Counted from the first letter of the stretch, positions 19,001 to 28,724 are shown. The stretch is 64,000 bases of DNA from a virus (IMGVR_UViG_3300048854_000106:187-64186); one strand, 5' to 3'. Notes: generated by a model not told the origin, from the sequence alone. Translations and numbers: made by a program.

Positions 19001-19532
19001 TCGCTTTCTCGGCGGCAAGCGTCTTCGCAGCGGCTGCGACTGCGGCGTTGCCTTCGATCTGTGCCTGAGCTGCGTCAGCGGCAGCAGCCTTCGCCGCAGT
19101 AGCTGAAGCAATAGCCAATGCAGCTTGTGTTTGTGCGGTCTCCGTCGCAGCTGCAATGATTTGTGCCTTCTCCGCATTTGCTGCGGCAATCTTTTCAGCG
19201 GCAGCTGCTTGAGCTGCAGCACTGTTCGCCTGGACAGCGGCCGTTGCTTTCTCCAGCGCAGTGGCGGACATCTCGTTCGCCTGAGCGAGTTGCTGCGCCG
19301 ACAGAATTCCCTGACGCCACAGCTCGAAGTTCTCGGTCAGTTCCTGGTTGTACTTGGCCTGCGCCGAGAACAGTGGATCGATCGACTGAGCGACTCGCTT
19401 GAACGCGGCGTCAAGGTTCTTCGAACTTGTGACAAGTCCATCGACCGCAGCCGTGCCGTCTTTACTTGCTGAAACAAACCCCGAGGCGTCACCCCCGAGG
19501 TTTAGACTTAGCGAGTCATTCTCGTCAGCCAT
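16008..19532 (-). CDS. Tape measure protein
   Basis: 1174 aa, Ala-rich helical; lambda-type LGYQAQDVTASLASGINPLVILAQQGGQ motif. Confidence 0.9.
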   Translation of the reverse strand: MADENDSLSLNLGGDASGFVSASKDGTAAVDGLVTSSKNLDAAFKRVAQSIDPLFSAQAKYNQELTENFELWRQGILSAQQLAQANEMSATALEKATAAVQANSAAAQAAAAEKIAAANAEKAQIIAAATETAQTQAALAIASATAAKAAAADAAQAQIEGNAAVAAAAKTLAAEKANAAVEAANASKAAANDAVATDKSAAAESVAASKEAAAAAQQAGIAKREAASSSLKASNDAADAARKQAAAERELDNAVIQLRGAIDPAYASQARYNSTMQAATALLMQNKLQTGEWTQIQKLAQAQADINTRGLGRMNQAYINLGYQAQDVTASLASGINPLVILAQQGGQTAAAMSNYGGVVGEVASFMAGPWGAAILGAALVLGMLIPKLFDVRDALEEAKAAENDFKTAVDSTTGSINAQTTALQLRALAKNADQAAGDLQKKVDKGGATARNMAQAATQGQYVSTGMGTGYNVPAQITDPTTAAKIEKLNSLFAAGTIGLNQFTGAINNMAKTNPQVRQLNDDLLKTLSERSKGKEDSYIDLDTTLRKTQAIAAQVAGKPLTDLQKKLIGVKTDAEQLGDGYYQAMAKLSVATDPVEIAEAKLQMTTAKATMELKKSEAAGVDLATANAAYTKSVGPMVKAVDDARAAKQAAAKADAEARKEAREAAAEAKKEAQDAINSAVAEDTYQIQNNQQSFAIQVEWQNKKIASLTAFYGEQSKQVIDAQRELEKMQQKHDQILLEIDQAHYQATLKDQQNHAESLKNQQETGVDIAQTSVDQQKTEGTISPLQAIAATQKLAEMKLQIEADTQDTIYHLQLESLNKQLEAYKAFGDQYAKQAAAIEDQIQVLTLGHDDAIAEREATLAKTRAGYQVELWNNIRGVTAIGADSITNSMNTAFQDIWTHQHKFGSDMISLADNLVYSYVEAGFKMLSNWLATETAKTAASLLHINLRKAANAGAVASDTALGATKVATHAGNEAAMTAASAASDAAQTTTKAAATTTQTAVGAAGATAELGQRAATSAAGAYSSTVVIPFIGPVAAPVAAALALAAVMGFATLISAKGGMGEVPGDQLAMVHKKEMILPAWIAQPLRDSLRGASVPGSANLIGGAAMSGADARAATHGNGGGSATFNYQPNHTNMGAGFDELLRKDGGTLRKWFKTQVRNGALAGVTKK

Positions 19533-19949
19533 TTATATCATCCCACCTGAGCCCTGGAACATGCGGACGAGGTCATTAAGGTCGCTACCGCCAGAAGAGG
19601 CTGCAGCGGGAGTTGTGGTCGAGTCATTGCTCGGCTTGGGGGGCATAGCGTGACGAGCGAAAGGGTTGCGACTGTCGATCGGTTTCGTCGATCCTGCTTT
19701 CTTGCCTTTAGCGCCGGGCTTCTTGATCAAGCCCATGTAGGCGGCGACAGCAATGTGGACCGGCGGGCCTTGACGATCCCACAGGTCCAGCATGACAGAG
19801 TACTTCCGATAGGACCAGCGTTTCCTTACGCGGTCCCAGCTGCCTCCTTCAACTCCAGCGGCAATGAGCTCTGCGACGACTCGGTCGACATTTCCGTCAA
19901 AAGGTTCTCTGTCAACTTTGGATCCACCAGCGGTGGACGCGGTTCCCCC
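19533..19949 (-). CDS. Tail assembly chaperone, -1 frameshift extension (gpGT-like)
   Basis: G GGG GAA slippery site at 19943-19949; the -1 frame is open through to the 19533..19793 ORF. Confidence 0.7.
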   Translation of the reverse strand, partial: GGTASTAGGSKVDREPFDGNVDRVVAELIAAGVEGGSWDRVRKRWSYRKYSVMLDLWDRQGPPVHIAVAAYMGLIKKPGAKGKKAGSTKPIDSRNPFARHAMPPKPSNDSTTTPAAASSGGSDLNDLVRMFQGSGGMI

Positions 19950-20299
19950 TCGGCCGGCGACAGACCAGCCTCCTGAACCATCGTGATGACACAGAGCGTC
20001 ACGAGTCCCATCTCGCTTGCCTTGAGCTTCCGCTTCATATACATCTGCACGAGGCGATGCACCTGTGGGTCACGCTCTTCGGTCGTGGAGATCATGTCGT
20101 TGGTAATGCCGTAGTCGGCTTCCTTGAAGGAGTCCATCTCCATCAGGCCAGCGGCGATAACGGCGACAGCTGCAGAGGCGCCTTTGATCGGGTCCTGCGA
20201 TCCCATTGCGTCGACCATATAAGGCCACGCACGCTCAACAGCTACGAAGTTCATCTCGGGAACAGTGTGCTTGATCCCGTTCATCATCAGTTCAGCCAT
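19826..20299 (-). CDS. Tail assembly chaperone (gpG-like)
   Basis: Lies between tail tube and tape measure genes and contains a slippery site. Confidence 0.75.
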   Translation of the reverse strand: MAELMMNGIKHTVPEMNFVAVERAWPYMVDAMGSQDPIKGASAAVAVIAAGLMEMDSFKEADYGITNDMISTTEERDPQVHRLVQMYMKRKLKASEMGLVTLCVITMVQEAGLSPAEGEPRPPLVDPKLTENLLTEMSTESSQSSLPLELKEAAGTA

Positions 20300-20325
20300 G
20301 GTAGTCCCTCCTTGGCGTTGAAAGT

Positions 20326-20364
20326 GTAACCCCCAGGCCGTCCGCTAAGAAACCTGGGGGCTAC
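20326..20364 (-). terminator. Stem-loop after the major tail gene
   Basis: GTAGCCCCCAGG / CCTGGGGGTTAC stem on the minus strand. Confidence 0.55.
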
Positions 20365-20368
20365 GTCG

Positions 20369-21130
20369 TTAGGCGCCGCCGCCGCCGACCGAGGTCGTGG
20401 TGATGCGCCCGATGCGGTTTGCGTCGTCCGCCTGCGCCATGCCCGACAGCTCGGCGATCAGATAGTCGTCCTGCTTCAGCGGCAGCGACAGCTTGTCCGA
20501 CACGTTGCTGTAGAGGACGAGCGAGAACGCCTTACCCTCATAGACCTGCGACAGGATCAGGCGGAACTTCGGCGTGGTGCCGAGTAGCTGGTTGGTGATC
20601 TCCAGCGAACCGCCCGTGTCCGTCGACTCCCACATGTAGTTCAGCAGGACATGCTTGGTGGCATCCGCTGCGGCGAACGTGTAGGTGCCGGTTGCCGGGT
20701 CGATCATGTACTGACCCGTCGCCGGAGCAGCACTGACCTGCACGAGAGGCAGACCCGTATCGGACCAATAGACGCCGAGGTCGGCATAGAAGCCTTCCGC
20801 GTTCGCCGCGACGATCGTGTAGGGCCCAGCTGCTGCGGGGATCGTGCCCGCCTCGTTGAACACCTGGATCAGCTCGTCGCCGGTCTCGACTTCACCGCCG
20901 AAGAAGATCTGGTTGAAGGCGGTGATGTCGATATTGCCCGACGACGCCTTCCACTCGATCTTGGTCTTGCCGCGGGCCACGTCCAGCGCGAACTGGTACT
21001 GACCGTAGAGCTCCTTGATGTCACCGCTGAAGTCAACGCTGACGTCTTGCAATGCGCCGAAGCGCAGCGGGGCACCACCGCCTATGGGAGTCGCGAACAA
21101 CTGCCCAGTGCCGAAGACATACTGACTCAT
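20369..21130 (-). CDS. Major tail tube protein
   Basis: FGTGQL...FGALQDVSVDFSGDIKELYGQYQFALDVARGK; high-expression codons. Confidence 0.85.
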   Translation of the reverse strand: MSQYVFGTGQLFATPIGGGAPLRFGALQDVSVDFSGDIKELYGQYQFALDVARGKTKIEWKASSGNIDITAFNQIFFGGEVETGDELIQVFNEAGTIPAAAGPYTIVAANAEGFYADLGVYWSDTGLPLVQVSAAPATGQYMIDPATGTYTFAAADATKHVLLNYMWESTDTGGSLEITNQLLGTTPKFRLILSQVYEGKAFSLVLYSNVSDKLSLPLKQDDYLIAELSGMAQADDANRIGRITTTSVGGGGA

Positions 21131-21357
21131 GCCTCGATCTCCTTGAGGATCATTTCTTTCAGCACGGGCATCTTCGACTGAAACCAGTTGAAGGCTGCCG
21201 TGTTGCGAGCGAGCACGCTGTTGCGGACAACATTGTTCTCGAACGCGGCGAGCGCACGATCAAGGGCGGCACCGAAATCGGCGTCTTCCTTGACTTCCGC
21301 AGGACTCTCGTCCTTCGTGTCTGCGGGAAGCTGAGTCTGTTCTTCTTCGGTATTCAT
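21127..21357 (-). CDS. Hypothetical protein
   Basis: 76-aa ORF with RBS, coupled to the tail tube gene. Confidence 0.55.
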   Translation of the reverse strand: MNTEEEQTQLPADTKDESPAEVKEDADFGAALDRALAAFENNVVRNSVLARNTAAFNWFQSKMPVLKEMILKEIEA

Positions 21358-21367
21358 AACACCTCCA

Positions 21368-21838
21368 TTATGGAACCAACAGTTTAATGGGAACGATTAT
21401 CAAACCTTGCCCATCAATGTCACCCGGATCACGGATTGTTCGTCCTTGCATATAGCAGTGATGAACCAGGCCGTTAAGGGTATTCCGTTTCGGGAAACCC
21501 GGGTCGCTAGGACGCGGCGCCAGGATGTCGCGGCACGCCTTGATGATAAGGTTATTGGTAATCGTCGGCTCGAAGTCCGGGTCTTGAGCATCAGCGTGAT
21601 AGATCACCCACTGTGCTTCGAGCGTCGTCTTGTACGGCATTCCCGTAACCTGCTCTTCGCCGGATGCGTGCTCGGCCTGACCGATCCACGGCTGCTGATC
21701 CTGTGGGACGTCGGAGAACAGCTTGATGCGACGCTTGACGCCTGACACCCAAGTACGCTGCTTGCCGCCCTGTGTCCAAGTGATATTGGGCATGAGCGCA
21801 GCCAGTGCAGCATAGATCGTTTCGTCGTCGGCACTCAT
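21368..21838 (-). CDS. Tail terminator protein
   Basis: Position and size; NTLNGLVHHC...RDPGDIDGQG pattern. Confidence 0.6.
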   Translation of the reverse strand: MSADDETIYAALAALMPNITWTQGGKQRTWVSGVKRRIKLFSDVPQDQQPWIGQAEHASGEEQVTGMPYKTTLEAQWVIYHADAQDPDFEPTITNNLIIKACRDILAPRPSDPGFPKRNTLNGLVHHCYMQGRTIRDPGDIDGQGLIIVPIKLLVP

Positions 21839-22338
21839 CGACCGTTCCTCATGTGCTCACGGATACCTTGCACGATGCCCGTCTTGATGTCCCGTGACAG
21901 TTGTGGTCCCACAGAACTGAAGGCGTCCTTCATGTAACGGACACCGGGAATGTGCGCGCCCGGATGGAAGACATATTGAGCATATACCTTCTTGCCGTTC
22001 ATCATGAAGCGCAGCACGGGTGAGTTCTTCGGACGGATCATGTGAGCGCTGATCGTACCGCCGATGTCTTGCAGACGCGAGTAAGGCACGCCTTCAATAT
22101 AGACAGTACCTTCGACGCGATAACCCGCCTCACGCACATTCGACTTCAGGCCGGCGAGAAGCCGACCTGACTTAGTTTGCAGACGTGACTGGATGTTGTC
22201 TCGGACAAGTCCTTCGGCGACATCAGTCCATTGAGTTATCTTCTCATGAAGAATACGCTTGGCCGCATCAGGCAACTGCTCGAAGTTGAGCAGCGCGTTG
22301 CGTGCTCCTACGAGCTCGAAGTGATAGAAGTCAGCCAT
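21835..22338 (-). CDS. Tail completion / HK97 gp10-like neck protein
   Basis: ATG at 22338; SGRLLAGL, HPGAHIPGVRYMKDAF motifs. Confidence 0.65.
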   Translation of the reverse strand: MADFYHFELVGARNALLNFEQLPDAAKRILHEKITQWTDVAEGLVRDNIQSRLQTKSGRLLAGLKSNVREAGYRVEGTVYIEGVPYSRLQDIGGTISAHMIRPKNSPVLRFMMNGKKVYAQYVFHPGAHIPGVRYMKDAFSSVGPQLSRDIKTGIVQGIREHMRNGR

Positions 22339-23156
22339 TACACGGGCACCACGTTGAGGTACGCCTGGAACTGAAGCTTCAGTGCATCGCTCATGCCCGA
22401 TCGATCGAACGTCACAGTCTCCTGACCTGCGAGCGTCTTCGACAGAACGCCGATGCGATCCTTGCGCCGGAACGTTTCGCCGATCATCTCCAGGACAGCC
22501 TGCGACAGGTCCCAGGGCACGAATGAGTAGTCGACTAAGACAGTGACACCTACGTCGTCCTTGGCGAAGCCATAGACTCCCCATTCGTCAACGGTGTACT
22601 GGCCCGCTACCGGGTCATCGTCAACCTGGACGTAGGTGATACCACCGGCGGAGATAACGCCGAAGTTCTTGGTCCACTGTCCCTGATCATCGGGAGTGTA
22701 AGGCAGCGGATTGCCCTCGTCGTCTGCGGCGATCGTATACGAGGACGTTGCCTCATAACCCGCACGATACACGACCTGGCAGTAGGTGCCTTTATAGAAA
22801 TAGTCCCCGACCAAGTTGATCGACTGTGGGCCGTCGCGGAAGTCGCTGACGAAGTAACCCGACCCGGGCATACCGGCGTTGCCCATCGCAGACGCGGTCT
22901 TGGCTGAACCGTTAACTCCCACAGACCTGATCGAGATCACTGGCCAGTTGCGCAGCAGCATGGTGTCTTTACCATTGCCGCGGAAGTTCTGCGTGAATTC
23001 CTGTGCAGCGAACCCGTCTCGATTGAGATAGGACAGGGCGAACTGAGAGGCCGAGTTAATGATCCGCAAAAGAACACTGTCACTAGCGGTGCTACCCGTA
23101 GTGTTCAGGTTCAGCCATTCCTTAACGGCGGCCAGAGTGATCAGCCTCTCAGTCAT
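22338..23156 (-). CDS. Head-tail adaptor protein
   Basis: LITLAAVKEWL...IINSAS, YRAGY, PWDLSQAVLE pattern of gp6/gp15-like adaptors. Confidence 0.7.
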   Translation of the reverse strand: MTERLITLAAVKEWLNLNTTGSTASDSVLLRIINSASQFALSYLNRDGFAAQEFTQNFRGNGKDTMLLRNWPVISIRSVGVNGSAKTASAMGNAGMPGSGYFVSDFRDGPQSINLVGDYFYKGTYCQVVYRAGYEATSSYTIAADDEGNPLPYTPDDQGQWTKNFGVISAGGITYVQVDDDPVAGQYTVDEWGVYGFAKDDVGVTVLVDYSFVPWDLSQAVLEMIGETFRRKDRIGVLSKTLAGQETVTFDRSGMSDALKLQFQAYLNVVPV

Positions 23157-23158
23157 GG

Positions 23159-23467
23159 TTACGCCTTCTCGCCGACGATTTGGCGGGCCTGCTTGCGCAG
23201 TTCCTTCATCTTCGGCCTGCCGTCGACCGTGCCACCGCGCTCCTCGATGAACTCGACCAGATCGTCGCGATCCATGCCGTCAATGTCCTTGTCGAGCTCA
23301 CGGTCATCCAGGTAGTCCTCGAAGCCGTGACGACGCAGCGTCTCGACGTGGTCCTGGATCGCGACCTTGATCACGCCGTCTTTGCCGACGTCATACGTGT
23401 GGCCGTGGATTTCCGCGGACGATACGCCGGCGGGTCCCTTCATCTTGGCTGGAGTGATGCTACCCAT
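23159..23467 (-). CDS. Small head-associated protein with C-terminal HeH/SAP-like motif
   Basis: Between MCP and adaptor; MDRDDLVEFIEERG...MKELRKQA. Confidence 0.55.
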   Translation of the reverse strand: MGSITPAKMKGPAGVSSAEIHGHTYDVGKDGVIKVAIQDHVETLRRHGFEDYLDDRELDKDIDGMDRDDLVEFIEERGGTVDGRPKMKELRKQARQIVGEKA

Positions 23468-23519
23468 ATTCTATTCCTTCTCAAACGGTTCACGGATTAC
23501 TGAGTGGTTACGCCTTACT

Positions 23520-23553
23520 AAAAAAGTGGGAGACGCAGCGCACGCCTCCCACA
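23520..23553 (-). terminator. Intrinsic terminator after the major capsid gene
   Basis: GTGGGAGGCG / CGTCTCCCAC stem followed by TTTTT on the minus strand. Confidence 0.75.
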
Positions 23554-23571
23554 GTTCCCATGGACGACGGC

Positions 23572-25083
23572 TTACGGGCCGACGTTGTTGATCACGCCCA
23601 TCGAGGGCGGGAAGTAGTGCTGCAGCACCTCGTCGGCATAGACGCCGTACTCGTACTTACGAGTGCGGAGCGGCCATTCGATCTGGTAGTACTCCTGACG
23701 GGTACGGACCTGCATCACGTTGCCGATGCCCGAGACCGGATAAGGGATCGTGTTCGAGGTGAACAGGATCGTGCCCGCCGGCATGTTCGGGTGGAGACGG
23801 ACCTTCAGCACGTTCGCGCCGCTCATGGAGAAGCGGTTCAGGTAGGTGGCGACCATCACACCACCCGCGATCATGCCTTGCTCCATATTCACAACGATGC
23901 GGTATGCACCGGTGGAATTGGAAGCGAGGATCTTCTGCGAGATGCTGAGTGCACCCTGCGAAGATACCCAGATCGTGTCCGGGGTCAGCTTGTAGTTGTC
24001 CCAGAACGACTTGAGCGCAACGTCGATCTCGACGATACCGCCCGCATTGTCGGTCGTGAGGGAGTCACCGTCGAGCGAGCGATAGTACGAGTTCGAACCC
24101 GCCTTCATCGCCTGGGTCAGCAGGCCGTCGAAGACGAGGTTGTTGGTCGAGCTATCGGCCGAGGGCAGCGACGCGGCGGTCTGCGTTCCCGCAGCGGCGG
24201 CGGTGATCGTCACGGCGTTGACCGTGGTGATCGCACCCAGGGTCTCTGCACCCGCAGCGCCCCAGTACCAAGCATAGGCGACAGCGCCCTTCTTGGCGGG
24301 AACGGTGTTGGTGATCGAACCCGTCGTGCCGGTCGTGGTCGCCGACGAAGCAACGGACTTCTGCGCGGAACCACCACCGAAGGTATCGGTCGAGGCGTCG
24401 GCATTGGTCCGCGTCACCTGCGTCGGGATACCCGCAGTCACCGAGGCGTTGAGGTAACCCTCAAGCGTCAGGGCGACGGCGATGACCGAGTAAGTCGCAG
24501 CGGCGAGCGATCCGCCGGTGGTCACGGCCACAGATGAAGGCGTGCCGGTGACGCCGAGTGCAACGGTGCCGTTGCCGCCGAGGAGAAGAATTTCCTCGCC
24601 GAGCATCAGCGCCTGCAGACCAACCTTGGCGGCGAGGGCACGGATGTCCTCGAAGCCCTGGCCGGCATACTGCGCCTCGAAGTCCACGTTGTCTTCGATA
24701 CCGATGCCCTTGTACGCCGCAGCGTAGTCCTGCACGGTGATCGCCATGACAGCGCCGCGGTTACCGCCCGACACGCCGATACGGATACCGGACGTGTTGA
24801 TACCGGTGACGGCCTTCCAGTTCGCCTGGATACCACCCTTGCCGGTCACGCGCGGAATCTCGTTGCGCAGCGGGGTGAGGATCGGGTAAAGGAACTTGGC
24901 ACCCGCCTCGAGGTCATAGAACGTCAGGCCGGTGGTTGCCGAACCCGACTGCGAGAACGTCGACTTCTGCAGAGCCTCGGGCAGATTGGGCATGCCAATC
25001 GCGGGTGCATCGCCGAGCGCCTTCATCAGCGCGTCGAGCGAGGCCCCTGCAACGAGGTTCTGTTCCTGCTGTAGTACCTGCAT
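23572..25083 (-). CDS. Major capsid protein
   Basis: 503 aa, strongest codon bias in the window, downstream of the protease gene; TPLRNEIPRV and YEYGVYADEVL motifs. Confidence 0.85.
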   Translation of the reverse strand: MQVLQQEQNLVAGASLDALMKALGDAPAIGMPNLPEALQKSTFSQSGSATTGLTFYDLEAGAKFLYPILTPLRNEIPRVTGKGGIQANWKAVTGINTSGIRIGVSGGNRGAVMAITVQDYAAAYKGIGIEDNVDFEAQYAGQGFEDIRALAAKVGLQALMLGEEILLLGGNGTVALGVTGTPSSVAVTTGGSLAAATYSVIAVALTLEGYLNASVTAGIPTQVTRTNADASTDTFGGGSAQKSVASSATTTGTTGSITNTVPAKKGAVAYAWYWGAAGAETLGAITTVNAVTITAAAAGTQTAASLPSADSSTNNLVFDGLLTQAMKAGSNSYYRSLDGDSLTTDNAGGIVEIDVALKSFWDNYKLTPDTIWVSSQGALSISQKILASNSTGAYRIVVNMEQGMIAGGVMVATYLNRFSMSGANVLKVRLHPNMPAGTILFTSNTIPYPVSGIGNVMQVRTRQEYYQIEWPLRTRKYEYGVYADEVLQHYFPPSMGVINNVGP

Positions 25084-25181
25084 ATCAAACTCTCTTTCTA
25101 TTGCAGTTCACGGTTAACGAAAACCATACCGTTCCCGGCATGGGCAGTAAAAGGCTTCCGTTCCCGGTCGCCTCGTTGCTC

Positions 25182-27155
25182 CTACTTGATCGCACCCATC
25201 TTCACACCGCCGGTGTTGTGAGAGGCTTTGATCATCATCTCTGCCATCTTGTCCGGACCATGCGTCTTCAACATGTCCTGCAAGACTGCCATCTTATCTT
25301 CCTCGCTGGTAGCAGCCTTTCCAAGGAACGTACCGTCGCCGGTCTTATCCACAGGGGAGGTACGAGGAGCGCGCGGCATCGGCTTATTCTCGATCGTTTC
25401 GACACGCTTGGTCAACGTCTCGACTGCGGCGACAGCGGTTTCGGCCACCTTCTTCAGCTCGGTGTTCTCAGCCTGAAGATCGGTGAAGCGCTTCTCGAGC
25501 GTCGGCGAGACGACTTCGACATCACCGCCCCATGCCTTCGCCAGGCCTTCCTTCACCTCATCGGCGTCGGCCTTGTGGGCATCGATCAGGTCCACGATAT
25601 CCTGGGCATCTTGATCACCACCGTCTGCCTTTGCACAAGCATAGTAGTAATCATAGCATTCCACGATCGTATCGTCATCGATGCCGGACAAGATCTTGGT
25701 GATCTCGCTGTCGGCATACGTCTTGAACGACTCGGCCCAGGCGTTAAGCGACTCCTTCATCGCATCGGACTGATCCGTGCCGGCATCCGACTTGACCTGA
25801 GTGGTCAGGCCGGCCATGTCGGCGATCATACGAGCAAAACGGGAAACAGTATACATTCCCTTTTGCATCGCAGGCTTGCCCTCAGCATTAATGCCGGCCT
25901 CGATCGCTTCGACCGCCTTGGCGAGACGCGGCAGATCGTCCATGATGTCGGGCAGGTCTTCGGCACCGCCGTCGATTGCCTTCGCCAGACGAGCAGCAAG
26001 CTTCTCAGCGTCGGTCTTCGGCTCGACTTCAGCAGCAGCCTTGTTCAACTTCTCCTGATGTTTGTCGGCGGACGCCTTCTTCAGGAACGACTGACCGTCG
26101 GACGTGCACCACTTCTGAAGTACGCCCTGCGGCGTCACCTTCTCGGCGGTTTCGGAGGCAGCCTTGTCGGCATCCTCGTCAACAGGAGCGGCTTCACCTT
26201 CTTCCTTCGGGCGATCTCCATCCAGCGTCTCCAGCGGCTTGGGCTTCGGCATCTTCGGATCGACGGGGGCATCCTTCATCGCAGCGGACGTCGCGGTGAT
26301 GCCCTTCTTCAGCGCCTCGGTCGCAGCCGGAATGAAGTCCATCCAGTCTTTCGACGCATCGCCTGCCGCCTTGCAAAGTTCCTCCGCCTTCGCCGCGATG
26401 TCCTTGTTGGACGGCTGAGCAGTCTTCTCGACAGCGGCCGGCTTCGGGTCACCGCCACCGTTGCCCACAGGCTCGGCGGGTTTGTCCTCGGGCTTCGGGT
26501 CCGTGTCGAGCTTTTCCTCGTCTGGCTTGGCCTCATCGATCTTCGCTGCGTCGATCGGTGCGTTGGCCTGCTGCTCGGTTTCGGCGGCGTCTGCCTCGGC
26601 CTTGCTGAACGCGGGCCACTTGTCGTCGTCGTTCTCGACCTTGAATTCGACTTCGACTTCGGAACCGTCAGCCTTCGCCAGAGCGAACGTCGCCGAAGGA
26701 ACGCACGGATTGTCGACCAAGCTCACCTCGTTCGGCTTGGCGGTGAACTTCTTCACCTTCTCGCCGTCGATCGTGTCGGTCCAGCGCTTCTCATAATTGC
26801 CGCCCACACTGAAGCCGGTGTAGCAACCTTCGAGACACATGTTCCACTGCGAGTCGTCGACCACCTTAGCGCAAACCTCGATGGACTTCTCGTCGTCGTT
26901 GAATTCCATCTCGGTCACCTTGCCGGCGACGTTGAGGCTGTGCATGACGCGCAGGTTGCCTTTGCTCAGGCCGCCGCTCGCCGTGTGGATGTCGGTCGAC
27001 CACTTCTCGAAGTGAGGCTTCGAGGACTCATAGTCCATGACCTCGCCCGACTTGTCCAGGATTTCCTGGGTAATCGTACCATAGACGAGACGGTTCTCCT
27101 CGTCCACCTTCGTCAGCGGGACGAATACCCGCGCCTTCGCCTTACTCATCGTCAA
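25182..27155 (-). CDS. Prohead protease-scaffold fusion
   Basis: N-terminal LRVMH...YTGFSVGG...EVSLVDNPCVP serine protease motifs, then a long acidic scaffold-like region. Confidence 0.8.
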   Translation of the reverse strand: MTMSKAKARVFVPLTKVDEENRLVYGTITQEILDKSGEVMDYESSKPHFEKWSTDIHTASGGLSKGNLRVMHSLNVAGKVTEMEFNDDEKSIEVCAKVVDDSQWNMCLEGCYTGFSVGGNYEKRWTDTIDGEKVKKFTAKPNEVSLVDNPCVPSATFALAKADGSEVEVEFKVENDDDKWPAFSKAEADAAETEQQANAPIDAAKIDEAKPDEEKLDTDPKPEDKPAEPVGNGGGDPKPAAVEKTAQPSNKDIAAKAEELCKAAGDASKDWMDFIPAATEALKKGITATSAAMKDAPVDPKMPKPKPLETLDGDRPKEEGEAAPVDEDADKAASETAEKVTPQGVLQKWCTSDGQSFLKKASADKHQEKLNKAAAEVEPKTDAEKLAARLAKAIDGGAEDLPDIMDDLPRLAKAVEAIEAGINAEGKPAMQKGMYTVSRFARMIADMAGLTTQVKSDAGTDQSDAMKESLNAWAESFKTYADSEITKILSGIDDDTIVECYDYYYACAKADGGDQDAQDIVDLIDAHKADADEVKEGLAKAWGGDVEVVSPTLEKRFTDLQAENTELKKVAETAVAAVETLTKRVETIENKPMPRAPRTSPVDKTGDGTFLGKAATSEEDKMAVLQDMLKTHGPDKMAEMMIKASHNTGGVKMGAIK

Positions 27156-28710
27156 CTCCTTCGTCAGAGGGCGCCGTGCCCGGGATGGTCTTCAGGTATG
27201 CGGTCAGTTCGTCAACATCCCCGAGCGCAATGAGTCGCTCGAGCATCTTGCTCACCGTCTTGGGCGCGCCCTCGGCGCCGTCGACTTCTTCGAGACCCGG
27301 CTTTTTCTTCGGGTCAGGATCATTTGGATCGCCGCCACCTTGCGCCGTTGCATCGAGCTGCATAGGAGCGAAGCCGTTACTTGTCATGAACATAGGCCGA
27401 TCAAACATGGGATCATCATAGGGCTCACGGCCCGACTCGACGCGTCCCTCGTTGACCGTAACAAGACCGTCCTTGAGATAACCGGACGTGATTGCTTGAC
27501 GCTTGACCGGATCAAGCTCATCGTCACCGCGCCAGACAAACTCGAAGTCTTCGGCGTCGAGGTCTTCCTCGAGGATTTGATCCATCATGTCCTTCACCCA
27601 GGACTTGATTGGATCGAGGCCTTCAGACGCAGCCGTATCGGAGGAGTTATCCGCCGTCGCTCGGTTCATCTGCTTGATGAAAGGCGTGGGTGGGACATTA
27701 AAGGCGTAGCACGTCACACGCGCCAACCATTCTTCCGCAGCACCAAACAGCTCGGTCTCCTGTGTGGGGATATACGTCTTACCCACAGCACTGGGAACAA
27801 AGCGTGCCTTGCGACGTTCGGCGAGGTCTCCTGAGAGGATGTTGTCGAACCACTCCTGGAACACACGGATTTGATCCGGCGTCCAAGTATCGGGAACCCC
27901 GATCAGTGCCTGAGGCATATTGCCGTCGGTGAAGAACTTGAGCTGGAACACCTGCCTACGCAAGGCGATGTTAATGGTCATCAAGATTTGCTCGACAGGC
28001 GAGTAACCGTAGACTTTGTGAATACGCGGATTGCGCGGCTCATACATCAGGTCTGACTGCATATAGTTCGCAGCGGGCATTCCCTTGAGGTAAAGCTGAT
28101 AAGCCGTATCGGGCTCTTCCGGCGTGCGAGCATCGTCATCGAGGATGCGCTTGATGCAGGCGCCGTCAATCTGATCCAGCGAGATCAATTGGCCGCCCAC
28201 AGTCCGACGACGGTGCAGCGTTGCTGCGTCGATCACGAACAGGTCCTCTAGCAGCATACGCAGCCAGACCTTCCAGCGATGCTCGCCATCGGGTTTGCGG
28301 AAAAACTTCGCTAGCGTCTTGATCTTGTTCTTGACCTGCGGCGTCATCTTTTGCTTAGGGTCTTTGGCTTGGATAACCCACTTGAGGCGATCCATCTGAT
28401 CCTTGCGAGTCTCAATCACGAGACGCAGCAGGTCATACCCATCGGCGAACTGACGCAACGTATTGAAGCTGATAGCCTCATACGCACGCGGCTGGTTGAT
28501 AACGTTGTAGCCCTGCGGAAAGTCGAACGCACGGTTCGCCACTTCCTTCGGGGCCTGCGGTGGCATCGGCGCACCGGGACCAAACCAATCGGCGCCACCG
28601 CCGTTTCCGTAGGTGACGCCGACATTTTGCGGATAGGAACCTGGATTGAGGGCAATCGAACGACCACCGCCGCGAGCAGCGCGATCAGCCTTTGCCAGTG
28701 CTTTACCCAT
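27142..28710 (-). CDS. Portal protein
   Basis: 522 aa after TerL; GYSPVEQ, FFTDGNMP, CYAFNVPP, VTVNEGR motifs. Confidence 0.85.
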   Translation of the reverse strand: MGKALAKADRAARGGGRSIALNPGSYPQNVGVTYGNGGGADWFGPGAPMPPQAPKEVANRAFDFPQGYNVINQPRAYEAISFNTLRQFADGYDLLRLVIETRKDQMDRLKWVIQAKDPKQKMTPQVKNKIKTLAKFFRKPDGEHRWKVWLRMLLEDLFVIDAATLHRRRTVGGQLISLDQIDGACIKRILDDDARTPEEPDTAYQLYLKGMPAANYMQSDLMYEPRNPRIHKVYGYSPVEQILMTINIALRRQVFQLKFFTDGNMPQALIGVPDTWTPDQIRVFQEWFDNILSGDLAERRKARFVPSAVGKTYIPTQETELFGAAEEWLARVTCYAFNVPPTPFIKQMNRATADNSSDTAASEGLDPIKSWVKDMMDQILEEDLDAEDFEFVWRGDDELDPVKRQAITSGYLKDGLVTVNEGRVESGREPYDDPMFDRPMFMTSNGFAPMQLDATAQGGGDPNDPDPKKKPGLEEVDGAEGAPKTVSKMLERLIALGDVDELTAYLKTIPGTAPSDEGVDDE

Positions 28711-28724
28711 CGCGCGACAATTCC

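Noticed and set aside
24936-27233. 765-aa plus-strand ORF
   Set aside because: Antisense shadow of the GC3-rich protease-scaffold gene; no RBS or recognisable motifs. The same applies to 23560..24537, 2192..2920 and most long ORFs opposite high-GC3 genes
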